Shown: piece by piece, positions 24,763-33,527 of the stretch
Numbering within the stretch: position 1 is the first letter of the stretch
How the letters are laid out: each line of letters starts with the position of its first letter
NCBI GenBank assembly: GCA_038045365.1
Contig: JBBSYH010000005.1
Span: forward strand, 12,713 to 64,733
DNA length: 52,021 bases
Direction: 5' to 3'
Origin: Nanobdellota archaeon
Lineage (GTDB): Archaea; Nanobdellota; Nanobdellia; Pacearchaeales; GW2011-AR1
Program-made: the position numbers and the translations under genes
The notes under the pieces: model-generated
What the model was told of the DNA's origin: nothing
Databases searched by the model: none
Seen by the model: only the letters and a program-made list of their open reading frames with translations

Positions 24763-25959
24763 ATGAAGTTTATGAGAAAGAAGCTTAAGAATGGGGTGAC
24801 TGTGATTATGGAGAAAAGAGAGATTCCTGTTGTTGCGTTTAGTATAAGCAATAAATTTGGAGCAGCTTTTGAAGAAAGCAAAATAAAAGGAATTGCACAT
24901 TTTATGGAGCATCTTGTTTTCACAGGAACTAAGACGAGAAGCCATGAAGACATTTCCAGAGAAATTGAGAAGAAAGGAGGAGTTTTAAACGCTTTTACTG
25001 CAAACGAGGTGACTAGCTTTTGGTTTAAACTTCCAAGCGAGCATATGTTTTCCGGGATAGATATTTTGATTGATATGCTGAAGAATCCTATTTTTAAGGA
25101 AGATAAGTTTGAGAAAGAGAAAAAAGTAATTTTAGAGGAGATTAAAATGGGTCATGATGAACCACAGAGAGATGTTTATGATAATATACTTGAGAATTTA
25201 TATGAAAAGCCATTTGGAGAAGGAGTTATAGGAAGACAAGAGACAATTCAGGAACTAAAGAGGGATTTTGTTTTTGATTATTTTAAAAAAGCATATTCTC
25301 CAGAAAATTACATTATAAGTATTGTTGGAGATGCGGATTTTGAAGAAGTATGTGCATATATTGAGAAGAATTTTGAAAAGAGAGAGGCAAAAATTGCAGA
25401 AAAAGAAATAAAGAAGATAAATAAAGAGAGTGCGGAAGAAAGAGAAGGAATTGACCAAGCACATTTTATTTTTGGAGTTCATGCACCTTTGCGGACAGAT
25501 GAAAATTATTCTGCACTTGAAGCTTTAAATGCATATTTAGCCGAGGGAATGTCATCAAAATTGTTTCTTAAAATTAGAGAAGAGAAGGGATTGGCTTATG
25601 CTATAAGAGGAAGCATTGAAACAGAAAAAAATTATTCTTGGTATGGAATTTATGTTGGAACAATGAAAGATGCAATTCCTGAAGTAAAGAAGATAATTTT
25701 AGAAGAACTAGAGAAAATGCAAGAGATGAATGAAAAAGAGCTTGAAGAAGTAAAGATACAATTAATTGGATTGAGAAAAATAAGCAATGAAGAAAGCACT
25801 AAGGTTATGGTTGATTTATTGTTTGCCGAATTAGCTGAAAAAGCTGATAGATATTATGAATATGAAAACAGAATTAAGAAAGTTAGATTAGAAGATGTGA
25901 AGAAGCTTGCCAAAACTTTTATTGAGAAGTACAGCACAGCAGTGATTGTGCCGAAGTAA
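24763..25959 (+). CDS. M16-family zinc peptidase (pitrilysin/insulinase-like)
   Basis: Inverted zinc motif HFMEH (HxxEH) near the N-terminus; length and pattern fit M16. Confidence 0.8.
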   Translation: MKFMRKKLKNGVTVIMEKREIPVVAFSISNKFGAAFEESKIKGIAHFMEHLVFTGTKTRSHEDISREIEKKGGVLNAFTANEVTSFWFKLPSEHMFSGIDILIDMLKNPIFKEDKFEKEKKVILEEIKMGHDEPQRDVYDNILENLYEKPFGEGVIGRQETIQELKRDFVFDYFKKAYSPENYIISIVGDADFEEVCAYIEKNFEKREAKIAEKEIKKINKESAEEREGIDQAHFIFGVHAPLRTDENYSALEALNAYLAEGMSSKLFLKIREEKGLAYAIRGSIETEKNYSWYGIYVGTMKDAIPEVKKIILEELEKMQEMNEKELEEVKIQLIGLRKISNEESTKVMVDLLFAELAEKADRYYEYENRIKKVRLEDVKKLAKTFIEKYSTAVIVPK

Positions 25960-26021
25960 GAGCACAGTTTTAATAATTTTTGAGATAAATTTATATATCT
26001 GCTTTCTCTTAATTATTTAAG

Positions 26022-26201
26022 ATGGCAACAATAACTTGTGAGTGCGGGCATAAAGTAGAAGATGAGGACCATTATAAAGCAGAGGCTAAGACTTGGCATC
26101 ATGCAATAGAGAAACATTCGGAGATGCTGAAACAAATGACGCCGGAGAATCTTGAGCAGGTTTTAAGAGGACTTGATAAGCAAATGGGATTGAGCGAATA
26201 A
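26022..26201 (+). CDS. Small Cys/His protein, DUF1059-like (59 aa; below the ORF-track cutoff)
   Basis: Translated by hand: MATITCECGHKVEDEDHYKAEAKTWHHAIEKHSEMLKQMTPENLEQVLRGLDKQMGLSE*. C-x-C-x-H and HH..H pattern. Confidence 0.35.
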   Translation: MATITCECGHKVEDEDHYKAEAKTWHHAIEKHSEMLKQMTPENLEQVLRGLDKQMGLSE

Positions 26202-26269
26202 ATCAAATAATAATTCTTGGGATTTTTTTATGGAGAAAGATATTAATAAAACTTGTTGTAATGATTTAG

Positions 26270-26827
26270 ATGGAAGAAAATAAAGAATTAATGCGGTGTT
26301 TTGTCGCAATTGAAATGCCTGTCGCAGTAATTAAAGAAGTTGCCAGAGTGCAAGAAACTTTAGGAAATTGGAAATTTACAGGCAAAATGACTGAGTTGGA
26401 AAATCTACACTTAACTTTGAAGTTTCTTGGAGAGATTGATAAGGAAAAAATGAAGAAAGTAAAAGAGGAATTACAGAGAATAGAGTTTAAGGAGTTTGAG
26501 GCGAAGTTAATTGGGATTGGAACTTTTAGCAATTTTGGAAATCCAAGGATTGCTTGGATTAAGATTGGAAGCAAAGGAATGTTTGAATTGCAAAAAAAGA
26601 TTGATGAAGCAATGGAGAAAATTGGGTTCAAGAAAGAGGAGAGATTTATGAGTCACATGACAATTGCAAGAATTAAATATGTGAAAGACAAGAAAGGATT
26701 TTTGGAGCATGTTAGTAAGATTGGAATTAGAGGGATTGAGTGGGATGTTGATAAATTTTGTTTAAAGAAATCCGTGCTAGAGCAGAGAGGACCAACATAT
26801 AGTGATTTGGAAGTATATGAGCTATAG
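26270..26827 (+). CDS. thpR: RNA 2',3'-cyclic phosphodiesterase (2H family, ThpR/LigT-like)
   Basis: 185 aa with two HxT motifs (LHLTLKFLG and SHMTIARI) at typical spacing. Confidence 0.8.
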   Translation: MEENKELMRCFVAIEMPVAVIKEVARVQETLGNWKFTGKMTELENLHLTLKFLGEIDKEKMKKVKEELQRIEFKEFEAKLIGIGTFSNFGNPRIAWIKIGSKGMFELQKKIDEAMEKIGFKKEERFMSHMTIARIKYVKDKKGFLEHVSKIGIRGIEWDVDKFCLKKSVLEQRGPTYSDLEVYEL

Positions 26828-26940
26828 GGAAGATATCTTATTTATTATAATCTTTTCATTATATATTTTTTAACACATATATTGTCTGTTGAGTATTGAA
26901 CCACCTCATCTTTTATAAATCCATTTATAAATTGAATTTT

Positions 26941-27273
26941 ATGGATTATAATGAAGAATTTATTCAAAGAGCAGGACAAGATATTACAAAAAGATTTTTA
27001 GAGTCTTATCAAGTTTTTCTTAATGAGAAAACAGAGTATAATGAGAGAAGACATTCATTTTTTAAAAATATTCATCTATATAATGCTGAATCTAATGTTC
27101 TTTCCGATATCGCAGAATCTATAAAAAAATTATTGTATGAAAAGAATCTTCCAAAAGGGCATTTGCCATTGTTGGATAATATTAACATTACTTATGGGAA
27201 TAACTTGTTTTGTGGGAATTATTTGGTTAATGTCAGCTATGTTTTAAACCACATTAAAAAAGAGAATCAATGA
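26941..27273 (+). CDS. Hypothetical protein (110 aa from the first ATG)
   Basis: Open frame. The ORF track starts at TTG 26896. Overlaps the 3' end of the XPF gene by 20 nt. Confidence 0.25.
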   Translation: MDYNEEFIQRAGQDITKRFLESYQVFLNEKTEYNERRHSFFKNIHLYNAESNVLSDIAESIKKLLYEKNLPKGHLPLLDNINITYGNNLFCGNYLVNVSYVLNHIKKENQ

Positions 27274-27919
27274 GTTCTTTGAATTCTTTTGCTCTTTTTT
27301 CAAGGATTTCTTGGAGTTCTGATTCAGAAGCATTGATGATATTTTTTAAGGAATTGAATTTTTCTAAAAGTTTTTTGGCTCTGACTGGGCCAACGTGAGG
27401 AAAGCCTTCTAGGATAAATTGTATTTGCTGTTTTTTTGTTAATGCTATTTTTGATGGACGTATTGATATTTCTTTTTTTGTCTGTTTTCTTGCTAATAAT
27501 GAGAGATAAAGAGCAGTGTCTTTTTCATTTTCTGTGAAGACAAAGGGTATTTTGTCTTTAAGGGCGAGCGAAAGAAAGAAGCCGCGCAAGGCATTTTCAT
27601 GAAGCAGCTGCTCTTTTAGAGAGGAAAAACCCTCGATAATTAAAAGAGGAGAAGTGTGCTGCTGGAGGTTTTTTATCTGGGCAAAAATGCGCTTGCTGAT
27701 GATAGAGGATTGCAAGTCTTGGAATGTTTTTCTTTCAATTGCAATATTATTGATTAAATAATCTCCTATTGGAAGATTCTGAAATTCAAAAGGGATTGAG
27801 AGGCGAGAAAGTTCTGCTGGAATAAGAGAGTTTTTTTCATGAATGTCTATGATAATAGTTGATGATTGATTTTCTTTTTTTATTTCTCTTTTTGAAGAGA
27901 AGATGTCGTGGAATGGCAT
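27254..27919 (-). CDS. xpf: ERCC4/XPF-type nuclease with a C-terminal (HhH)2 domain, equivalent to the Hef nuclease module
   Basis: GDY...IERKTFQD (GDxn-ERKx3D active site). C-terminal FPHVGPVRAKKLLEKFNSLKNIINASESELQEI (HhH). Confidence 0.8.
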   Translation of the reverse strand: MPFHDIFSSKREIKKENQSSTIIIDIHEKNSLIPAELSRLSIPFEFQNLPIGDYLINNIAIERKTFQDLQSSIISKRIFAQIKNLQQHTSPLLIIEGFSSLKEQLLHENALRGFFLSLALKDKIPFVFTENEKDTALYLSLLARKQTKKEISIRPSKIALTKKQQIQFILEGFPHVGPVRAKKLLEKFNSLKNIINASESELQEILEKRAKEFKELIDSLF

Positions 27920-27920
27920 A

Positions 27921-28154
27921 TTAGTTTTTAGATAGGATTTTATAGATTATTAAATGTATGATTGAAAAAAGCAGAGAGAAAATAAATAAAATAATAGCGA
28001 AGGAGGAGAATATTTTTGGGATGTTTGGAAGAGACAGAGAATAGAAGCAGAGTATTGCGATGAGCAATGAGAGGACGAATGGAATAAGAGGGTGAGGCTT
28101 TCTTGTGATGATGTGATTTTTTTCAAGGGTTTTTAGTATTTTGGTTAGAGACAT
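27921..28154 (-). CDS. Small two-TM membrane protein
   Basis: 77 aa with two hydrophobic segments. Sits between the Hef helicase and nuclease genes on the same strand, 1 nt from the nuclease start. Confidence 0.3.
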   Translation of the reverse strand: MSLTKILKTLEKNHIITRKPHPLIPFVLSLLIAILCFYSLSLPNIPKIFSSFAIILFIFSLLFSIIHLIIYKILSKN

Positions 28155-28192
28155 TTTATTGTTTTTTATTAAATATATTCCCGGACTTTACT

Positions 28193-28552
28193 TTAAGGGA
28201 AAAGAGGATAGGGCAGGTGAATTTCTTGTATCTTTTGTGATCTTGCTCTTAGCGCTTTTACTTGCTTATATTCTTCCTTACAGCAATTATAGGTATTGAC
28301 TACTGCATAAATGTGTGCTTCATAGAGCAGACATTCATCTGAGAATTTCTGCCAGAGCATGCTAGTTTCTTCCATTTCAGAATCCCTTGAAATTTCAACC
28401 ACCTTTCTATAAAGCGCGTTAAGTTTTGTAACTAGAGTCCGCGTTTCTTTCTGAGTATTTTCTCGATTCATTTGAGCAGCACGTTCATCAAAGTGATCAT
28501 CAAAGTGGTTAAGTGCTGCACTGCTCAAATTTTTTATTTCATTCCAATCCAT
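28193..28552 (-). CDS. Hypothetical helical protein (119 aa)
   Basis: Open frame on the same strand, between the Hef helicase and nuclease genes. No motif recognised. Confidence 0.3.
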   Translation of the reverse strand: MDWNEIKNLSSAALNHFDDHFDERAAQMNRENTQKETRTLVTKLNALYRKVVEISRDSEMEETSMLWQKFSDECLLYEAHIYAVVNTYNCCKEEYKQVKALRARSQKIQEIHLPYPLFP

Positions 28553-28599
28553 ATTGTTTTAACTTTCTTTGTGTATATATATTTTGTTAAGTGCAGTTA

Positions 28600-30141
28600 T
28601 CAAAATTTATCAAGACTTGTGGCTTTTTCCTTATTTTTTAATTCTTCTTTTATTATATGTATGGTTTTATGCATTTTTCTTTCTCTTGCAGAAGATGCAT
28701 AGTGATGGATTTCATCTTTTGTGTCTTTTGTTATTAGGATGATGAGCTTACCTGGGGAAAGACGAGCTGTTCTTCCTGTGCGCTGAATTTTTCTGATTGC
28801 TGAGGGAACTGGTTCGTAAAAGATAACTGCGGAAACTTCCGGGATATCTAGGCCTTCTTCGCCTATTGAAGTACAAACAAGAATGTTTATTTCTCCTTCT
28901 TTAAATTTTTCTATGATTTGCTTTTGCTCTTTTTGAGAGAGGCCAGTATTGCCGTGCTTTGTGGCTTTTTTTGCCTGACCGACGAAGACAGATGGTTTTA
29001 TACCAGTAATTTGAGAGAGATGATGGTAAATTAACGATGCGGTTTCTCTGAATTGAGTAAAAATAATTATTTTTGCATCTTTATTTTCTTTAAATTCATT
29101 TTCAATTAGAATAGAGAGTTTTTCTATTTTAGGATGTTCAAATTTCTTTGAAAGAAGATGCTGGATAGAAATCATAGCTGCGTTGAATTCTGGAGATTTA
29201 ACAAGAGATTGAACAGCTCTACTTTTTTTATCGATAGCTTGTTTTTGGAGGGATTTGAGATATTCATTAAGACCAGAAAGAGTTTGTGTTTCCAGGAGTT
29301 CCAGAGCATGAGAAATTTTTATTGCCTGGGCTGTGAGAGTCATTCCGTACATGGCGGCAAAGTTTCTTTGTGAGACTTGCATGGCAAGACGTGTTTGAAG
29401 ATTTAAGAGAGTTATTTTGTTTGCTGGACCTTGAAGATAATTTCTTTCTCTGAGCTTGTTAGTTGCATTGTCGAAGATGCGCTTAAAGAGAACGCGAAGC
29501 TCAATAAATTCTTGCGGAAAAGGAATTTCTATTTTTTGGAATTCAAGCTCTTGAAGATAAGGCTTAACATCCGGAGAATCGCGAGTTCTTAATTCTATTT
29601 TTTGGATGTTAAGATTTTTGCATATTTGTTTTACTATTTCAGGATCTGAGCCAGGAGAAGCTGTGAGACCAAGAATTTTTTCGTTAACAGCTTGGTGCTT
29701 GTATTTTTCTACTACTTTTGTATAATCGTAGTTTTTTAAACAACGATGGGCTTCGTCAATGATAAGCAGAGAAACTTCTTTAAGATCATAGAGGAAGTTT
29801 TCTAAATCATTAGCAATGCATTGCGGAGTTGAAAATATTATTTCTGCTGTTTGCCAGATTTTTTTTCTTTTTTCTGCTTGAACAGAGCCTGTAAAGAATT
29901 GAAGATCTGCAAATAACTCTGAAAGGTTTTTTTTGAAATAGTTGAAATGCTGTTCTATTAATGGTTTTGTAGGAGCTAAGAATAATATTTTGCTGAGAGG
30001 ATGTTTTTTTAGTGTTTCTATTGAAAGCATGAGAGCGATGAGAGTTTTTCCCAACCCTGTTGGTAAGACAACTAAAGCGTTGTACTTTTTTGCTGTTTCG
30101 AATATTGCTGTTTGGTATTCTCTCGGATTTATTAATAACAT
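28600..30141 (-). CDS. hef: Hef/FANCM-like SF2 helicase module (no nuclease domain)
   Basis: 513 aa. PREYQ, motif I LPTGLGKT, motif II DEAH, TASPG, inserted helical domain, and motif VI QRTGRTAR. Confidence 0.85.
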   Translation of the reverse strand: MLLINPREYQTAIFETAKKYNALVVLPTGLGKTLIALMLSIETLKKHPLSKILFLAPTKPLIEQHFNYFKKNLSELFADLQFFTGSVQAEKRKKIWQTAEIIFSTPQCIANDLENFLYDLKEVSLLIIDEAHRCLKNYDYTKVVEKYKHQAVNEKILGLTASPGSDPEIVKQICKNLNIQKIELRTRDSPDVKPYLQELEFQKIEIPFPQEFIELRVLFKRIFDNATNKLRERNYLQGPANKITLLNLQTRLAMQVSQRNFAAMYGMTLTAQAIKISHALELLETQTLSGLNEYLKSLQKQAIDKKSRAVQSLVKSPEFNAAMISIQHLLSKKFEHPKIEKLSILIENEFKENKDAKIIIFTQFRETASLIYHHLSQITGIKPSVFVGQAKKATKHGNTGLSQKEQKQIIEKFKEGEINILVCTSIGEEGLDIPEVSAVIFYEPVPSAIRKIQRTGRTARLSPGKLIILITKDTKDEIHHYASSARERKMHKTIHIIKEELKNKEKATSLDKF

Positions 30142-30185
30142 AAAAAAGAAAGAAAACAGAAGTTTAAATTTATTGCTTTAGTGTG

Positions 30186-30824
30186 CTAGATATAGAATTG
30201 AAGTGAATATGCAGAAAATATTAAAGAAATGAGCATTAATATAGCCCAGAGAACTCTGGAACCGAAAAATATTTGTGTACCGTCAAGTTTAGAGAAGGGC
30301 AACAGATTAAAGAAAGTATAAAAAGAGGTAATCGCGGAGAGATATTCTTCATTTATTAAGTAAAATATAATTGCCAGTGCAAACAAAGGAAGCATACCTG
30401 CTGTACCAATTATTCCATTATGCCAATCAGTCATTTCAGTATAACTATAGAATCCAAATCTTTTTGCTGCACGCACTTTAAGAGCACGCGATTCATATGT
30501 AAGAAAAGTTAGAAGTTTGAATGAACCAAGCGTGACTATGGAAAAAAGTAATGGGAAAATTATTCCTGCAGGAATTTCTTTTTTAAGCTGATGTTTTTCG
30601 CCTAATCCGAATCTTGACATTTTCCAGATTTCGTGTTCAACATCAGAATCAAGAAGATATGCAACTATCTTTTTTGAAGTTATTACTACAAAAATAAGAA
30701 GGGCAGAAAAAAAGAAAAACTTTGGGAGATCAGACCATTGAGCATTAATAATTGAAGGAACTCCAATTACTATCGTGAAAAGAAATATTGCGAGCAATAT
30801 ATCTAGGAATTCTGATGATTTCAT
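30186..30824 (-). CDS. M50 (site-2 protease)-like membrane protein lacking a recognisable HExxH
   Basis: 212 aa, polytopic. The NxxPxxxLDG-type motif is present (NLLPFSKLDG). No HExxH is visible; the expected region reads ITSKKIVAYLL. Confidence 0.45.
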   Translation of the reverse strand: MKSSEFLDILLAIFLFTIVIGVPSIINAQWSDLPKFFFFSALLIFVVITSKKIVAYLLDSDVEHEIWKMSRFGLGEKHQLKKEIPAGIIFPLLFSIVTLGSFKLLTFLTYESRALKVRAAKRFGFYSYTEMTDWHNGIIGTAGMLPLFALAIIFYLINEEYLSAITSFYTFFNLLPFSKLDGTQIFFGSRVLWAILMLISLIFSAYSLQFYI

Positions 30825-30932
30825 AAATTTTCTAGATGAAAGGTTTATATAAATATTATGGCGAAATTTATAAGTTTAATATGTGCTTTGAAAAAACACA
30901 AAATATAAATAGTGTGATAAATAGGCTTTGCA

Positions 30933-31235
30933 ATGCTCAGAATAAAAAACGTAAGCGATGTTATAGGGAAAAAAGTATATACTTCTGATGGGGACTTCTT
31001 TGGGCAAATAGAGGAGGTAAATATTGCGGATAATAGGATAGAAGGGTGGAGAATAAGAGTTGGTTCCGAGATGATGAGTGCGCTTGGAGGCGCAAGAGGC
31101 GTGATAATTCCCCATCAGTTTGTTAAAGCAGTCGGGGATATTTTTATAATAAATAAAGCTTCATTACCTATGAGGGATGATTCTCTAGATGTGATTTCTG
31201 AAAGCAACAATTCAATTCAAGAAGAACTGGTTTGA
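30933..31235 (+). CDS. PRC-barrel domain protein
   Basis: 100 aa. NVSDVIGKKVYTSDGDFFGQIEEVNIADNRIEGWRIRV is the PRC-barrel pattern. Confidence 0.55.
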   Translation: MLRIKNVSDVIGKKVYTSDGDFFGQIEEVNIADNRIEGWRIRVGSEMMSALGGARGVIIPHQFVKAVGDIFIINKASLPMRDDSLDVISESNNSIQEELV

Positions 31236-31264
31236 TACAAGAGAAGATTTAAATATTAAGATTA

Positions 31265-31762
31265 ATGAAAGAAGACATGGTTGAGCACAATATATTCGCG
31301 GAGCCCCTGGCACAGACGATATTTTTATTTATATTTGTTTTTACACTTGTTTTTGCAATATTGCAAAAGTCCCAGATTTTAGGCAAAGAAAAAAAACAAG
31401 TTGATGCACTTATTGGGTTTGCAATAGCAATGATTGTTACGTCAGTAGGATACGCAAGCGATATTATTTCAAGGTTAATTCCATTTTTGGCGGTAAGCCT
31501 AGTCATTATATTTGTTTTCATGATTTTGCTAGGATTTTTTTTCAAAGAAGATAGCTTTGATATTTCTGCCAAGATGAAAGTAGTTTTTGGAATATTTATT
31601 TTTATAGCAGTAGCATCAGCTGTTTTGACAATAGTTGGGGGATGGGACTATATAACTGGCTTATTTAGGGGAGAATTTCTCTTAATTGAAAATATTATCT
31701 TTTTTTTAGTGATAGGCGGAGCAATTGCAATTGTTTTTGCTTTTGACAAAAAGAAATCATAA
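31265..31762 (+). CDS. Membrane protein, paralog 1 of a 3-gene family
   Basis: 165 aa. Shares the N-terminal block with the next two genes (FLFIFVFTLVFAILQKSQILG vs YLLPFLLVFAIVFGILSTTNILG vs YFLPVLSFLVVFAVVYAVFSKTKIV). Confidence 0.4.
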   Translation: MKEDMVEHNIFAEPLAQTIFLFIFVFTLVFAILQKSQILGKEKKQVDALIGFAIAMIVTSVGYASDIISRLIPFLAVSLVIIFVFMILLGFFFKEDSFDISAKMKVVFGIFIFIAVASAVLTIVGGWDYITGLFRGEFLLIENIIFFLVIGGAIAIVFAFDKKKS

Positions 31763-31818
31763 ATAAATGTTCTTTACAGTAACGAAACATATATAAATAA
31801 GATTAAAATTGCATAGGT

Positions 31819-32370
31819 ATGGTTTTAGATATTGGCACCATATTATCACAATGGCAGAGCGGCGGAGTTTTCGATTATTTACTGCCATTTTTACTTGTAT
31901 TTGCAATAGTTTTCGGAATACTTTCAACAACTAATATTTTAGGGGCTAATAAAGGGATAAGCGTGATAATTGCTGTAGTAGTAGGATTATTATCATTAAA
32001 GTTTAATTTTGTTTCAGAGTTTTTTGGTGAAGTTTTTTCGAGACTTGCAGTGGGATTATCTGTTCTGCTTGTTTTATTGATTTTAATAGGGCTTTTTATA
32101 CCGGATGACGAAAGAAGATATTGGTTTTGGGGACTTGGAGCAATAGGAGTTGTGATTGCAATAGTAGTAGTTGCGCAGTCATTTGAAAGACTTGGATATT
32201 ATTCAGGCGTTTATGAAAACTATGCTGGATGGATAATTGGGGCTGTTTTACTTCTTGGACTTATTATTGCAGTAGCTACGAGTGGCGGGAATAAGGACGG
32301 AAGCGGTTCTAGAGGTGCAGGCGGGAGCATTCCTGTGATTGCTAACTTAACTCCTTGGCGCGATAAGTAA
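31819..32370 (+). CDS. Membrane protein, paralog 2
   Basis: 183 aa. Same N-terminal block, 4-5 TM segments, and a Gly/Ser-rich tail. Confidence 0.4.
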   Translation: MVLDIGTILSQWQSGGVFDYLLPFLLVFAIVFGILSTTNILGANKGISVIIAVVVGLLSLKFNFVSEFFGEVFSRLAVGLSVLLVLLILIGLFIPDDERRYWFWGLGAIGVVIAIVVVAQSFERLGYYSGVYENYAGWIIGAVLLLGLIIAVATSGGNKDGSGSRGAGGSIPVIANLTPWRDK

Positions 32371-32375
32371 GGAAA

Positions 32376-32612
32376 ATGGGTGCAATTGAGCTTTCTGGAA
32401 TAATCTATTTTTTACCTGTACTTAGTTTTCTTGTTGTTTTTGCTGTAGTTTACGCAGTTTTCTCCAAGACTAAAATAGTAGAATCACAAGGGCTAAAGAC
32501 TTTTATTGCTTTTCTTTTTGCAACTATTTTTGTTTCGATGAGCGAGGCAAGAATGTATATTTTGAATATTACAATTTGGTTTGCTATATTGGATTTTTTG
32601 AAAGTAAAATAA
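32376..32612 (+). CDS. Membrane protein, paralog 3 (short form, 78 aa)
   Basis: Has the same N-terminal block but stops after about two TM segments. Its stop lies 8 nt before repeat unit A. Confidence 0.35.
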   Translation: MGAIELSGIIYFLPVLSFLVVFAVVYAVFSKTKIVESQGLKTFIAFLFATIFVSMSEARMYILNITIWFAILDFLKVK

Positions 32613-32619
32613 TTTTTTC

Positions 32620-32738
32620 TGATACAGAAAACAAACTCCTGCTTTTAAGCTGGAGTTCTCCGTCGTTTGTTTTCTGTCTAAAAAACTCCAAAAAAACTGC
32701 GGACTTTAGGTCCGCAGATGTCGCAAGGAGTTTTTTAT
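32620..32738. repeat. Structured repeat unit A, copy 1 (two hairpin modules)
   Basis: Matches 45991-46108 with 3 differences. A1 is a 12-bp stem CAGAAAACAAAC/GTTTGTTTTCTG. A2 has outer stem AAAAAACTCC/GGAGTTTTTT and inner stem CTGCGGAC/GTCCGCAG. Confidence 0.9.
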
Positions 32739-32858
32739 TATGTCAAGGAACTTGAAGAAAACCTTGCCTTGAAAGGCAAGGTTGTTCCTTGAGCATCCAA
32801 AAGTCCTAAACAAACCATGGGCTTTAGCCCATGGTCAAACACAAGGACTTTTTGATTT
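32739..32858. repeat. Structured repeat unit B, copy 1 (two hairpin modules)
   Basis: Matches 36224-36343 with 4 differences. B1 has outer stem TCAAGGAAC/GTTCCTTGA and inner stem ACCTTGCC/GGCAAGGT. B2 has outer stem AAAAGTCCT/AGGACTTTT and inner stem CCATGGGC/GCCCATGG. Confidence 0.9.
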
Positions 32859-33526
32859 TAATTTATAGATTTTTGATTCGAAAGGCCTATAAAAGATTTT
32901 TGAGTTTCTATTATTTCCTTCTTAATATCTTCTATGTTAGTCATATATTCCCCGACTTTTTGCAATATTGAAAGTTGCAGCCTATCAATTATTTTCTCAA
33001 TTCTTTTAAGCCTTTCGTCTAAATGCTGCACCATTGACTCCACGTTATTCTTCATATCAAGTATTTCTTCTAGTTTATCTTTTAGAGGAGAGAGCTTTTC
33101 TAGAACTAGTTGTTCTGATATTTCTGTTATTGTATCTGCGCTTAGAGAGCTTGAAGAGTATTGTTCATACTGCGGATTATTAAAATATTGCGATTCAGGA
33201 GGTTCTTGATATTCCTGTTCTGGATATGATTGAAATTCTGATTGAGGAGCAGCTGTTTGTTTAGGAATTTCTTTTTGCTGAACAGGAGGCTCAGGTTCAA
33301 GCGGCTCTTTTTCCAGGAGAGAAGGATGCATACCTATAATATTTACGGATGATTTGTCAGAAGAATTTTCAAAAGCATTCTCTGAAACAGCTTCTTTTAT
33401 TTTTGCCTGAATAAAAACACTATTTATCTCATTTTTAGAAAGTCCGCGCTGCTGCAGAGCGGCAGATATCTCTTCCTCTGATTTTCCTTCATCTTGCATC
33501 CTCTTTATATCTTCAAATGTTCCCAT
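32858..33526 (-). CDS. Coiled-coil protein with a low-complexity linker (possible pilus-locus accessory protein)
   Basis: 222 aa from ATG 33526 (the track extends to TTG 33550). Small N-terminal helical domain, Q/E/P-rich linker, C-terminal heptad-rich region. Divergent from the ATPase gene. Confidence 0.4.
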   Translation of the reverse strand: MGTFEDIKRMQDEGKSEEEISAALQQRGLSKNEINSVFIQAKIKEAVSENAFENSSDKSSVNIIGMHPSLLEKEPLEPEPPVQQKEIPKQTAAPQSEFQSYPEQEYQEPPESQYFNNPQYEQYSSSSLSADTITEISEQLVLEKLSPLKDKLEEILDMKNNVESMVQHLDERLKRIEKIIDRLQLSILQKVGEYMTNIEDIKKEIIETQKSFIGLSNQKSIN

Positions 33527-33527
33527 T

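Noticed and set aside
32620-32858. Repeat modules as H/ACA guide sRNAs (the hairpin-pocket-hairpin shape is suggestive, and Nop10 is in the window)
   Set aside because: No ACA/ANA box follows the lower stems on either strand. The upper stems are perfect 8-bp helices without a K-turn or K-loop. The modules end in T-runs instead.
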